In this document: piece by piece, positions 24,754-32,690 of the stretch | Layout: every line of letters starts with the position of its first letter | Numbering within the stretch: position 1 is the first letter of the stretch | Assembly: GCA_964435105.1 (NCBI GenBank) | Contig: CAYSYJ010000002.1 | Location: forward strand, 1-39,373 | DNA: 39,373 nt | Reading direction: 5' to 3' | From: an uncultured Elusimicrobiaceae bacterium | Lineage (GTDB): Bacteria > Elusimicrobiota > Elusimicrobia > Elusimicrobiales > UBA9959 | Translations under genes and position numbers: made by a program | Notes under the pieces: generated by a model | Database searches by the model: none | Told to the model about the DNA's origin: nothing | Seen by the model: only the letters and a program-made list of their open reading frames with translations

Positions 24754-26295
24754 GTGAAACACTTCAATATTTTCGCCCTGCTTTTACTGCTCGCGGCGCC
24801 CGCGAGGGCGGCCGTGGTGGCCGTCTACCACACCAGCGACGCCCATGGCTGGTATTCCGCCCGCCCCGCCCTCTGGGACAAAGAAAATTCCACCCGCACC
24901 ATAGGCGGCTTTCCCGCCATAGCGGCCATGCTCGCCAAAGAGACCACGCCCTACCTGTTGCTCGACGCGGGGGACACCTTCCAGGGCACGCCCGAGGGCA
25001 TCTTTACCCGCGGCCAGGCCAGCGTGACCCTGATGAACCAGCTGGGCTATGCCGCAGGCGTCCCCGGCAACCACGACTATGATTACGGCGAGCCGGTGCT
25101 TAAGGCCATGATCTCCAGCGCGACATATGCCATGCTGGGCGCCAATATCTATTACAAGGACGGCCGCCACGTCGATTACCTCAAGCCCTATAAAATATTC
25201 GAGCGCAATGGCCGCCGCATCGCCGTGCTGGGCCTGGCCGGTACCCATACCGCCACTAATACCCTGCCCGCCTATGTGAACCACCTGGAGTTCCGCCCCG
25301 AGGCGGCCACGGCCGCGGCCCTGCTGCCGGAGATAAAAAAGGAAAACCCCGACGCCGTGATCGTGCTGGCGCATTTGGGCCTGGACGAGCGGCTCTCGCT
25401 CAAGCGCATAGACATTTCCTCCTGGACCTTCGCCGTGCCGCCGCCCGGCACGCTGGAGATCGCCCGTGCCGCCGCCGGCATAGACCTGCTGCTGGGCGGG
25501 CATAACCATACCGGCCTGCTCAAAGGCTGGCGCGACCCCGTGAGCGGCACCTGGTTCGGCGAGAGCAATTACGGCCTCTCCTATATCACCCGCGCGGAGC
25601 TCACTTTCGACGACGCCACCGGCAAGCTCACGGATATAAAGGTGCGCCTGGTCGAACCCTGGACCGACCAGGTCGGGGAAGCCCCGGCCGTGCTAAAGAC
25701 CGTGGCCGGCTTCAACGCCGACGTGGAGCAGGCCATGGGCCGCACCGTGGGCGAGGCAAGAACCGATATCGGCTTCTCGGCCGAAGGTTCGGATTCGCCT
25801 ATCGGCAATTTGCTCTGCGACCTCACCCTGCAGGCGGTAAATACCGACCTCGCCTTTCACAATACCAAGGGCATACGCGCCGAACTGCGCAAAGGGCCGG
25901 TGCAGCTGCGCCATATCTACCAGGCGGTGCCTTTCGACAATACCATAGTGACCATGCGCCTTAACGGCGCGCAGATACGCAAGCTGCTCGCCGACAATTT
26001 GCGCTCCGACTGGAGCTATATACAGCTCGCCGGGGTCGAAGTGGCCTACCGCCCAGGGCCCCAGGGCCCGACGAAGCTGAGCGTCAAGCGCCATGGCCGC
26101 GAGATAAAGGACAAGGAAGTCTTTACGGTGGCCACCAACAGCTATCTCGCCGGAGGCGGCAATAACGGCGACGTGTTCGGCGGTGGGCAGGACATCAAGG
26201 ACACCATGCTCGCCGTGCGCGACCTCTTTATCCACGCTTTCGAGGCCGGCCCAGTGAGCGCGCCCGCCACCGGCCGCATCAAGCGCCTGAAATAA
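24754..26295 (+). CDS. Secreted bifunctional metallophosphatase / 5'-nucleotidase (UshA-like)
   Basis: Signal peptide. VYHTSDAHGW, LLLDAGDTFQGT, GNHDYDYG and GGHNHTG metallophosphoesterase motifs, plus a 5'-nucleotidase C-terminal domain (FHNTKGIRAEL...VPFDNTIV). GTG start. Confidence 0.9.
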   Translation: MKHFNIFALLLLLAAPARAAVVAVYHTSDAHGWYSARPALWDKENSTRTIGGFPAIAAMLAKETTPYLLLDAGDTFQGTPEGIFTRGQASVTLMNQLGYAAGVPGNHDYDYGEPVLKAMISSATYAMLGANIYYKDGRHVDYLKPYKIFERNGRRIAVLGLAGTHTATNTLPAYVNHLEFRPEAATAAALLPEIKKENPDAVIVLAHLGLDERLSLKRIDISSWTFAVPPPGTLEIARAAAGIDLLLGGHNHTGLLKGWRDPVSGTWFGESNYGLSYITRAELTFDDATGKLTDIKVRLVEPWTDQVGEAPAVLKTVAGFNADVEQAMGRTVGEARTDIGFSAEGSDSPIGNLLCDLTLQAVNTDLAFHNTKGIRAELRKGPVQLRHIYQAVPFDNTIVTMRLNGAQIRKLLADNLRSDWSYIQLAGVEVAYRPGPQGPTKLSVKRHGREIKDKEVFTVATNSYLAGGGNNGDVFGGGQDIKDTMLAVRDLFIHAFEAGPVSAPATGRIKRLK

Positions 26296-26314
26296 AGCGG
26301 CGAGCTATAACGCA

Positions 26315-26346
26315 GAACCCCGGCCGCGCGGCCGGGGTTCTTTTTT
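26315..26346 (+). terminator. Intrinsic terminator
   Basis: gaaccccggcc-gcgc-ggccggggttc followed by tttttt. Confidence 0.85.
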
Positions 26347-26349
26347 ACA

Positions 26350-26384
26350 CGACAGTACGGTGTCGGGAATGCCTGCTAGGCTAT
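26350..26384 (+). repeat. 35-bp hairpin-containing element, copy 1 (second copy inverted at 32691-32725)
   Basis: cgacaGtacgGtgtcgggAATgcctgctaGgctat versus the reverse complement of 32691-32725, cgacaCtacgCtgtcgggTTCgcctgctaTgctat (29 of 35 identical). Confidence 0.7.
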
Positions 26385-26411
26385 CTGTGGGGGCAGCGGG
26401 GAAAATAGCCC

Positions 26412-26440
26412 TTGACTGCTTGTATTCTATAGGATACACT
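26412..26440 (+). promoter_or_regulatory. Promoter TTGACT-N17-TACACT with an 18-bp near-palindrome TGTATTCTATAGGATACA (TA autoregulation operator candidate)
   Basis: TTGACT at 26412-26417, palindrome at 26421-26438 (one symmetric mismatch pair), TACACT at 26435-26440. Confidence 0.55.
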
Positions 26441-26453
26441 ATGGGGGCGGGGT

Positions 26454-26783
26454 ATGGAACCGCATGAGCGCAGGCTGGTGCATTACCTGCATAATGGCAA
26501 GAACGTTTTTTCAGGGTGGCTTAACGGCCTGCCGGACATAGAGGCCAGGGCCGCGGTGCGCATAAGGCTCGACCGAGTCGCTGCCGGGAATTTCGGGGAC
26601 TGCCGGCCGGTAGGTGAAGGGGTCTGGGAACTGCGCATTCATTACGGGCCTGGCTACCGGGTTTACTATGGGGAAGATGGCCCGGCCGTGGTCCTGCTGC
26701 TCTGCGGGGGAGATAAGCGCGGTCAGCGCAGGGATATAGCCCGGGCGCGGAGATTTTGGGCGGATTACCGGAGGCGGATATGA
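26454..26783 (+). CDS. higB: Type II toxin, RelE/ParE superfamily (HigB-like addiction module killer protein)
   Basis: FSGWLNGLPDIEARAAVRIRLDRVAAGNFGDCRPVGEGVWELRIHYGPGYRVYYGEDGPAVVLLLCGGDKRGQRRDIARA is the canonical killer-protein family sequence. Confidence 0.85.
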   Translation: MEPHERRLVHYLHNGKNVFSGWLNGLPDIEARAAVRIRLDRVAAGNFGDCRPVGEGVWELRIHYGPGYRVYYGEDGPAVVLLLCGGDKRGQRRDIARARRFWADYRRRI

Positions 26784-27145
26784 AACTTACGCGTTCCCAC
26801 GACAGTTATATGAAAGAGGTCCTCGCCAACCGCGAGGAGGCGTCCGCCTACCTAAATGCCGCCGCGGACGCTGGCGAGCTTAAATATCTCCTGGTAGCAA
26901 TACGCCGGATCGTGGGTGCCAATGGCGGCATGGGCGCCCTGGCCAAGGCCGTAGGCATGAGCCGCACTACCCTTTACAAAACCCTTTCACCCAAAGGCAA
27001 TCCCGGCATAGAGACCCTGCGCGCCATCCTGGGCGTATACGGCCTGCGGCTGGGCTTCTTCCCGGAGCCGGAGACAGGCAGCCGCCACCGCCCTTCCGGG
27101 CGGCCCAGCGCACACTCCCGCCACACACACCACCCGCACCCATAA
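26780..27145 (+). CDS. higA: HigA-family HTH antitoxin (addiction module antidote protein)
   Basis: ATGA overlap with the toxin stop. EEASAYLNAAADAGELKYLLVAIRRIVGANGGMGALAKAVGMSRTTLYKTLSPKGNPGIETLRAILGVYGLRL. An unusual Arg/His/Pro tail runs into the 38-bp direct repeat. Confidence 0.8.
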   Translation: MKLTRSHDSYMKEVLANREEASAYLNAAADAGELKYLLVAIRRIVGANGGMGALAKAVGMSRTTLYKTLSPKGNPGIETLRAILGVYGLRLGFFPEPETGSRHRPSGRPSAHSRHTHHPHP

Positions 27146-27279
27146 GGCCCAGCCTGAATATAGGGCCAAGGCCTCTTACGGGCTGATTCAAATACGACTA
27201 GAATAATAATATCGGCCCTTGTAATCCCCCGAACAGGCGGGGGAGCATCCACCGCCCGGCCTTAACCGGGTGTAACCAG

Positions 27280-27318
27280 GGGAAACGGAAGGTCTTCCGT
27301 TTCCCTGTTTTTATTTTT
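27280..27318 (+). terminator. Strong intrinsic terminator immediately upstream of the RBS of the islet's first gene
   Basis: gggaaacggaag-gt-cttccgtttccc followed by tgtttttattttt. The RBS GGGGAG and the ATG at 27331 follow directly. Confidence 0.8.
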
Positions 27319-27330
27319 AGGGGAGAACAA

Positions 27331-28077
27331 ATGATAAAGAAAATTCTGATGACTCTGGCGGCCAGTCTTTTGCTGGCCGCGGCCGGCCTGGGCGGATTCG
27401 CCTGGCATATCTATAAAAAAGACTTCGGGGTCGACTATAAAGGGTGTGCCAGACTTCACTATAACTGGAAATATTATTTCGCCGAGCTCCCTAAAGAGGA
27501 CTATGTGTTTAAGGGAAGGTTGTTTTCTTATAAATATCCCAAATTCAGGATGGATAGCGAGATGGTTCCCGTGGAGGATGAGAATGGCGGGCTTATCGAG
27601 GATAGTGGGCACGTTTTAATGGTGCGGTGGAGCCGAAAAGATCCGGACTTCATTAAAACTGAATTAGTGGGGCAGTTGGAGGATAAAGAGCCAAAACCAT
27701 TTTCCCGAAAATTTCTCGGGTGGTTGTCTCCTGAGGACTCATATGTCGAAAGCGCCAGCTCTCAAAATGACTACTCAAAGTCCTACGATGTTAAATCTGA
27801 AAAGATAAAGCTTAAGCACGGCGGAACGGCTTTGCTTATTTCTCTTCAGAGTAAAGTCCAGGATCGGCCCCATGTCCGATTCTTGGCCGGAGTTACTCCT
27901 GCTGGGCAGGTGTTTAGGGCAAAGATCAGGGTTCGTTTTAATGTTTCAGAGGGTGGCTACAGGGATCTTGTCCTGCGGCCAACTGGCACATATGGCTCAA
28001 CTATCAATCCGGAGCGAGATGCCCAAAGCGCCTATTTTCTGAAAAAGTTCATAGAAACGCTGAGTTTTGAGAAATAA
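27331..28077 (+). CDS. Membrane-anchored hypothetical protein (islet gene 1)
   Basis: N-terminal TM/signal anchor MIKKILMTLAASLLLAAAGLGGFAW. Lys-rich, low-GC codon usage. No family recognised. Confidence 0.6.
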   Translation: MIKKILMTLAASLLLAAAGLGGFAWHIYKKDFGVDYKGCARLHYNWKYYFAELPKEDYVFKGRLFSYKYPKFRMDSEMVPVEDENGGLIEDSGHVLMVRWSRKDPDFIKTELVGQLEDKEPKPFSRKFLGWLSPEDSYVESASSQNDYSKSYDVKSEKIKLKHGGTALLISLQSKVQDRPHVRFLAGVTPAGQVFRAKIRVRFNVSEGGYRDLVLRPTGTYGSTINPERDAQSAYFLKKFIETLSFEK

Positions 28078-28086
28078 GGGAGAAAT

Positions 28087-29358
28087 GTGAAAGAGCAAAT
28101 ATTGCTGATTTTTCTCCTGCAGTTCTTTTGTTCTATAGCCAAGGCTACATCTGGCGACTCGGCTTTTGAGTCTCTTGTCGCCGCAGCCGGTGGAACGGAT
28201 TTGGCTGTAACGTTTGACGGATATACTCCTTCAGGGAGAGAGGGGCTGGTAGGCCGGCCTGTGGGCGCAGCCGGGATGATTCCTGTCGGGTCGGGGGTTC
28301 CTGTCAAAATTGCCGATAGGGAGCAAGTCGTTCCTTTGCCGGTTTTTGCCGGTACCGGGGACTCCGAACTCGGCTTGAAAGCAAATGAGAGGACAGTGCT
28401 GGACACGGCTACAGAGAGGCCTGCGGTAGATAGGGCGCTGAAAAAACTCGCTTCAATCAAGTCCGGGAAAGAACTTGTTGAATTCATGGACTCTGAAGGG
28501 GTGACTCTGAAATGGAAAATATTGGGGGCCATAGGATCTGAGCCAAATTACGCGGAAACTTGTCGACCGGATGCCTGTGGCGGGGAAAAAGTGATTTTTC
28601 TAAACAGTTTTCGCGGCGGGGGACGGGACTTCAAAGATTTGTTCCTGAACCCTAATCCTACATTTCTAGCCGTTACCATCGCACATGAGTTGACTCACCT
28701 GTCTGACTTTAAGGATATAAAGGGCGTGCCCTCTCCAGGCACACAGGCGCATTTGTTCCTGGAGCTTAATGGCTGGTCGGCAGGGGTTTATGTCTATCAC
28801 CAACTATTGATATCCGGAGTGGCCCCCAAACCTAATTCGCCGGAGGAAAATCGGGACATCCAATTGATCCGCTTGGATTTGGCGATAAGGGATTATATGA
28901 ACGGAGGGAAAAGACCGGTAGTCGCTGACTTTAATAAAGTGCTTCAGTTGGGGGGATTGGGGTTTGACGAGTATGTGGGCGCTGTTACCAGGCGACCGCG
29001 AAAAGGCAGCACATCTTTGGCTGGTGTTGTCTCTCATGTGTATGGATTAAATGACTCATTTGCGGACCTGCAGAAACCTCCATCATCCGCTTCTGACATT
29101 GAAAAGGCCTCTTATAAGCAGGCGAAAAAGATAAAAAAGTCTTTGGACCTGTCTACGGCGACCTATATTAAATGGCGGAAGGCCACAGTTGACGCCCCGC
29201 CCCCTCCTCCGCCGTCACAGCCCCATAATCCGTGGCATCATCAGCCCGGCGGAGACGACGATGGCGGCGGATCCGGTGGGGGCAGTGACGGAGCCACGGG
29301 CATAGATGTCGACGACTGGCACCCAACCCCGGGAACAGGCGACGCCACCTGGGATTGA
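28087..29358 (+). CDS. Secreted hypothetical protein with an HExxH zinc-metallopeptidase motif and a Pro/Gly/Asp-rich tail (islet gene 2)
   Basis: GTG start after GGGAG. Signal peptide MKEQILLIFLLQFFCSIAKA. FLAVTIAHELTHLSDF. C-terminal APPPPPPSQPHNPWHHQPGGDDDGGGSGGGSDG. Confidence 0.6.
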   Translation: MKEQILLIFLLQFFCSIAKATSGDSAFESLVAAAGGTDLAVTFDGYTPSGREGLVGRPVGAAGMIPVGSGVPVKIADREQVVPLPVFAGTGDSELGLKANERTVLDTATERPAVDRALKKLASIKSGKELVEFMDSEGVTLKWKILGAIGSEPNYAETCRPDACGGEKVIFLNSFRGGGRDFKDLFLNPNPTFLAVTIAHELTHLSDFKDIKGVPSPGTQAHLFLELNGWSAGVYVYHQLLISGVAPKPNSPEENRDIQLIRLDLAIRDYMNGGKRPVVADFNKVLQLGGLGFDEYVGAVTRRPRKGSTSLAGVVSHVYGLNDSFADLQKPPSSASDIEKASYKQAKKIKKSLDLSTATYIKWRKATVDAPPPPPPSQPHNPWHHQPGGDDDGGGSGGGSDGATGIDVDDWHPTPGTGDATWD

Positions 29359-29403
29359 GCCCCGCCACACACACCACCTGCACCCATAAGGCCCAGCCGG
29401 GCG

Positions 29404-29427
29404 GCCGCCAAAAGACGGCGGTTTTTT
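29404..29427 (+). terminator. Weak intrinsic terminator after the islet
   Basis: gccgcc-aaaagac-ggcgg followed by tttttt. Confidence 0.4.
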
Positions 29428-29477
29428 GGGCCCTTCGCCTCTATGGCGGGGGGCCCGGTCATTCGTATCATTATCTT

Positions 29478-31157
29478 ATGATAAAGACCCTTTTTGTTAT
29501 CGCCTTCGCGGCCGCCCCTGCCGCGGCCCAACTGCAGGACATCAACGATCTCCGCCTCAATTTCGGCATGGCCACGGTAAGCGCAGATGAGTATGCCCGC
29601 CTGGACGCGGCCCTGCCCAAGGCCAGCCCCGTTCAGACCCCGCTCGGCCCCGAATACAATAACCCCAAGAAGATCGCCGACGAGCTGGCCCAGCTCATGA
29701 ACGACCACCCCAAGACCATGGAGCGGGTGGAGCACCGCGTGATACAGCTGCTCGCCCACGCCCACGCCAAGGGCATGCTGGTGCCCGCGCTAGAGATGAT
29801 GCTGCGCAACCCGCTGGTGCAGAAGTTCCTGCCGCCGCTGCCGCCGGCCAAGCGCGAGGACTACATAAAGAAATTCCCCCGCATGATAGCCGCCCAGCTG
29901 GAGAACTCCGGCCAGGTGCCCGGCAAGCCCGGCTCCGAGGGCTGGACCGAGATGAGCGACCGCCACATCAAGATCATGAAGTCGTCGCGCTATAAGGCCG
30001 TGGCCAAGTCCGTATCCCTGCTGGAGAACCCCGGCTACCTGGCCGAAGTGGAAGCCATGTGCGGCACCAAGTTCCAGGGCGGCCACAGCGTGACCCCGCT
30101 GGTAGACGGCCCCGCCTCTTTCGGCATGCGCGAAAAGCTGATGCGCGAAGCCAAGAAGAGCATAATGCTCATGACCTGGGGTTATTACGACGACGTCACC
30201 GGCAAGGCCACCCGCGACCTGCTCATCGCCAAGCGCAAGGAAGGCCTGGACGTGAAGGTGATGGTGGACGGCAATATCTCCAATTTCCTCGGCATGGAAT
30301 CGCTCAAACTGCTGGAGGCCAACGGCGTGCCTGTGGGCCGCTTCTGGGACGCCAACCGCCCCTATGACGGCATGCATTCCAAACTGCTGATAGTGGACGG
30401 CCAGTACGCCATCGCCGGCGGCATGAACATAGGCGACAAGTACTCGCATATGAACCCCTCCGCCCACAAATGGCGCGACACCGACGTGCTGTTCTCCGGG
30501 CCCGCCGCCACCGACGCTTACAATATCTTCGGCTATACCTGGAACCTCACAGCGCAGAGCCAGGGCCACCAGCTCATGTACGTGGGCGCCCCGGCCCAGA
30601 GCGCGGGCGGCGCGCAGGCGGCGCTGGTGTACCAGCGCGGCGGCCAGGAACCCGCCATCTACCTCTCCATCCTCAAGGCCATCTACGGCGCCACCTCGAG
30701 CATCAATATCGAGAACGCCTACTTCATCACCATCCCGTCGCTCAAGACCGCCCTCACCGAGGCCGTTCAGCGCGGCGTGCAGGTGACCATCCTCAGCAAT
30801 TCCGCCCAGAGCAATAACGAGCCCATACTCACCGCGCCCATGATGGAAAGCCTGGCCGAAATGGCCGCCGCCGGCGCGCAGGTGTACGTGAAGACCGGCG
30901 AGACCCTGCACAGCAAGTTCATGACCGTGGACGGCGTCTTTACCACGGTGGGCTCCTACAACTTCCACCCCAAGAGCATCCGCCACGAGCGCGAAGTGAA
31001 CCTGCACGTGCTGGACCGCCAGTTCACCCGCCAGATGGAGGCCGTCTTCCAGAACGACGTCCGCCAGGCCCAGCGCGTGTACAAGGCCGAGGACCTGGGC
31101 GTCACCGACAGCCCCCTCAACTTCCTCACCCGCCGCTACATGTTCGACCAGCTGTAA
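29478..31157 (+). CDS. Secreted phospholipase D-family protein (two HKD motifs; cardiolipin-synthase-like fold)
   Basis: The ATG at 29478 gives the signal peptide MIKTLFVIAFAAAPAAAQ. HKD motifs MHSKLLIVDGQYAIAGGMNIGD and LHSKFMTVDGVFTTVGSYNF. Confidence 0.85.
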   Translation: MIKTLFVIAFAAAPAAAQLQDINDLRLNFGMATVSADEYARLDAALPKASPVQTPLGPEYNNPKKIADELAQLMNDHPKTMERVEHRVIQLLAHAHAKGMLVPALEMMLRNPLVQKFLPPLPPAKREDYIKKFPRMIAAQLENSGQVPGKPGSEGWTEMSDRHIKIMKSSRYKAVAKSVSLLENPGYLAEVEAMCGTKFQGGHSVTPLVDGPASFGMREKLMREAKKSIMLMTWGYYDDVTGKATRDLLIAKRKEGLDVKVMVDGNISNFLGMESLKLLEANGVPVGRFWDANRPYDGMHSKLLIVDGQYAIAGGMNIGDKYSHMNPSAHKWRDTDVLFSGPAATDAYNIFGYTWNLTAQSQGHQLMYVGAPAQSAGGAQAALVYQRGGQEPAIYLSILKAIYGATSSINIENAYFITIPSLKTALTEAVQRGVQVTILSNSAQSNNEPILTAPMMESLAEMAAAGAQVYVKTGETLHSKFMTVDGVFTTVGSYNFHPKSIRHEREVNLHVLDRQFTRQMEAVFQNDVRQAQRVYKAEDLGVTDSPLNFLTRRYMFDQL

Positions 31158-31177
31158 GCCCAATCGCGGCTCGTTCC

Positions 31178-31219
31178 GGGGCCCGGTTACGCGCTGACGC
31201 GGCCGGGCCCCTGCTTTTT
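31178..31219 (+). terminator. Intrinsic terminator after the PLD gene
   Basis: ggggcccgg...ccgggcccc stem followed by tgcttttt. Confidence 0.6.
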
Positions 31220-32666
31220 ACAGCACCTCCCAGTGACCGCCCTTATCCGGGCCTGCGCGGCGCAGAACGCCCTTAAGCTTTAGTTTTGTCAGGTTCTTTT
31301 CAACCGCCGTTGTGCTGATGCCTATCGCCGCCGCAAGTTCGCTTATGGTCGAATAGTTGTCTAAACTGATCAACCGGAGTATTTTAATTTCGTTTTTTCT
31401 CGGTTTTTCTCCCAACTTTTCTCCCAACTTTTCTCCCAACTTTTCTCCCAACTTTTCACCCAACTTTTCACCCAACCTTTCACCCAACCTTTCACCCAAC
31501 CCCTCTCCCGCCAAAACTTCCCTGGTTTTAACTTCTTTAAGGGAAAACTCCGGGGCACGGTAAAAAATAGCCCTGAAAAAATTAGAGATCTCGAAAATGG
31601 GCTTTCGCAGGCCTGCTTCCTCCATCAAATTCCGCATTTTGCCTATGCCGGAGCCGATACGCTCCACATTGCCAACCCTGTGGAACAAATCGGCCAGGAG
31701 CAGGTTTCTGCGCACCGAGGCCCTGCCGAAATCTTTCGGCGCGAGCCCGGAGGGAAGGCCGCCAGGATTCTCGATTTCAACGCGGTCGTCGAATACATTA
31801 ACGTACAGGCTGGTGCCGCGCAGGCTGTAATCGCGGTGCACCACGGCGTTCACCAGCGCCTCGCGCAGGGCGGGCAGTGGCAGTTCGTAAATATCTTTGC
31901 GGTCCAGTTCCAGGATTTCGCTGCGCACGTTCAGGTGTTTCTTTATAAAGGCCATGGCCTCCGCCAATTGTTCCGGCAGGGTGCCGCGCACGTCCTTGCG
32001 GTCGTATAAATGCAGTTTGTCTGCGCCTTTGAAGGCGCATAGTATGGTTTCGCAATGCGGTATGAACCGGGCCGGGGCGGCCGCGAACATGAGCGCCCCC
32101 GCATTGACCGCCCCACCGTCCCGCCAAACCCCGAGGCTGGCCAGGATCTTTTCCAGGTTGGCCCTGCCCGGCCTGAAGGAGGCGCCTGCGGCTTTCAGAA
32201 AATCTTTAACTTTCGCCAGCGGAATATCTTTCAATTCCAGGCCCCGGCAGGGCAGGCTTTCGAACAGCAGGTCCGTGGTTTCGCGGAAAATGGCCCGCAC
32301 CTCCTGCTGCGACATTTTCTGGGTGACGGCGTCCAGGCGGCGGAAATAACCGGACGAGCAACTGTAGGGTTTTTGCGTGCCTTCGGGAATCTCCAGGGCC
32401 ACCGCGCCGGCGCAGGCGGTGATGCCGGTTACCGGCACATGGGGTTCGCAATTACGCGCGAGCGACAGGATTTCCGCTTTAAGCTGGTTCGAGAGCGCCG
32501 CCCCCGTTATGCGCCCGCTATCGGCCACGCCGAGCAGTATCACCCCGCCCCGCGCATTGGCAAAGGCCACCATGTCGCGGTCTATCTTGGGAGAATACTT
32601 CTCCTTGAATTCCACGGTAAGGCCCTCGCCTTCCGCGATAAGCAGTTTGACTGTTTGCTCGTCCAT
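31218..32666 (-). CDS. AlbA_2 (Schlafen-like divergent AAA) + HATPase_c_4 + C-terminal wHTH protein, often annotated as RecG-like or transcriptional regulator
   Basis: EGEGLTVEFKEKYSPKIDRDMVAFANARGGVILLGV (AlbA_2). LREALVNAVVHRDYS...VEIENPGGLP...RRNLLLADLFHRVGNVERIGSGI (HATPase_c_4). C-terminal wHTH ILRLISLDNYSTISELAAAIGISTTAVEKNL. An internal (LGE[RK])n repeat. Confidence 0.8.
   Translation of the reverse strand: MDEQTVKLLIAEGEGLTVEFKEKYSPKIDRDMVAFANARGGVILLGVADSGRITGAALSNQLKAEILSLARNCEPHVPVTGITACAGAVALEIPEGTQKPYSCSSGYFRRLDAVTQKMSQQEVRAIFRETTDLLFESLPCRGLELKDIPLAKVKDFLKAAGASFRPGRANLEKILASLGVWRDGGAVNAGALMFAAAPARFIPHCETILCAFKGADKLHLYDRKDVRGTLPEQLAEAMAFIKKHLNVRSEILELDRKDIYELPLPALREALVNAVVHRDYSLRGTSLYVNVFDDRVEIENPGGLPSGLAPKDFGRASVRRNLLLADLFHRVGNVERIGSGIGKMRNLMEEAGLRKPIFEISNFFRAIFYRAPEFSLKEVKTREVLAGEGLGERLGERLGEKLGEKLGEKLGEKLGEKLGEKPRKNEIKILRLISLDNYSTISELAAAIGISTTAVEKNLTKLKLKGVLRRAGPDKGGHWEVL
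31405..31500. repeat. In-frame 12-bp tandem repeat x 8 (ttttctcccaac / ttttcacccaac / ctttcacccaac) encoding (LGEK/LGER)n
   Basis: Eight contiguous 12-mers with degenerate units on both flanks. They translate to GERLGERLGEKLGEKLGEKLGEKLGEKLGEK in the linker before the wHTH. Confidence 0.9.
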
Positions 32667-32690
32667 AGCTCCCCCGCCCGGCCCATGACA

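Larger units (their letters stand above)
27117..29398. mobile_element. AT-richer 2.2-kb islet bounded by 38-bp direct repeats (candidate horizontally acquired insertion; no recombinase inside)
   Basis: cccgccacacacaccaccCgcacccataaggcccagcc at 27117-27154 and cccgccacacacaccaccTgcacccataaggcccagcc at 29361-29398 (37 of 38 identical). The DNA between them is visibly lower in GC than the flanks. Confidence 0.45.

Noticed and set aside
24742-24756. Leaderless transcript for the 5'-nucleotidase gene (TACAAT 6 nt before the GTG start).
   Set aside because: There is no credible -35, because the region overlaps the upstream terminator. Leaderless initiation normally needs AUG. It is kept only as a weak member of the promoter-pattern finding.
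27155-27280. tRNA or tRNA-fragment integration target next to the 38-bp repeat (the ttcaaat looked T-loop-like).
   Set aside because: No cloverleaf can be drawn. There is no acceptor stem or anticodon arm, and GGTTCGAAT-type T-arm context is missing.
31393-31512. Possible CRISPR-like array, given the regularly spaced short repeats.
   Set aside because: The units are contiguous 12-mers with no spacers. They lie inside a CDS and are in frame. This is a coding minisatellite, not a CRISPR array.
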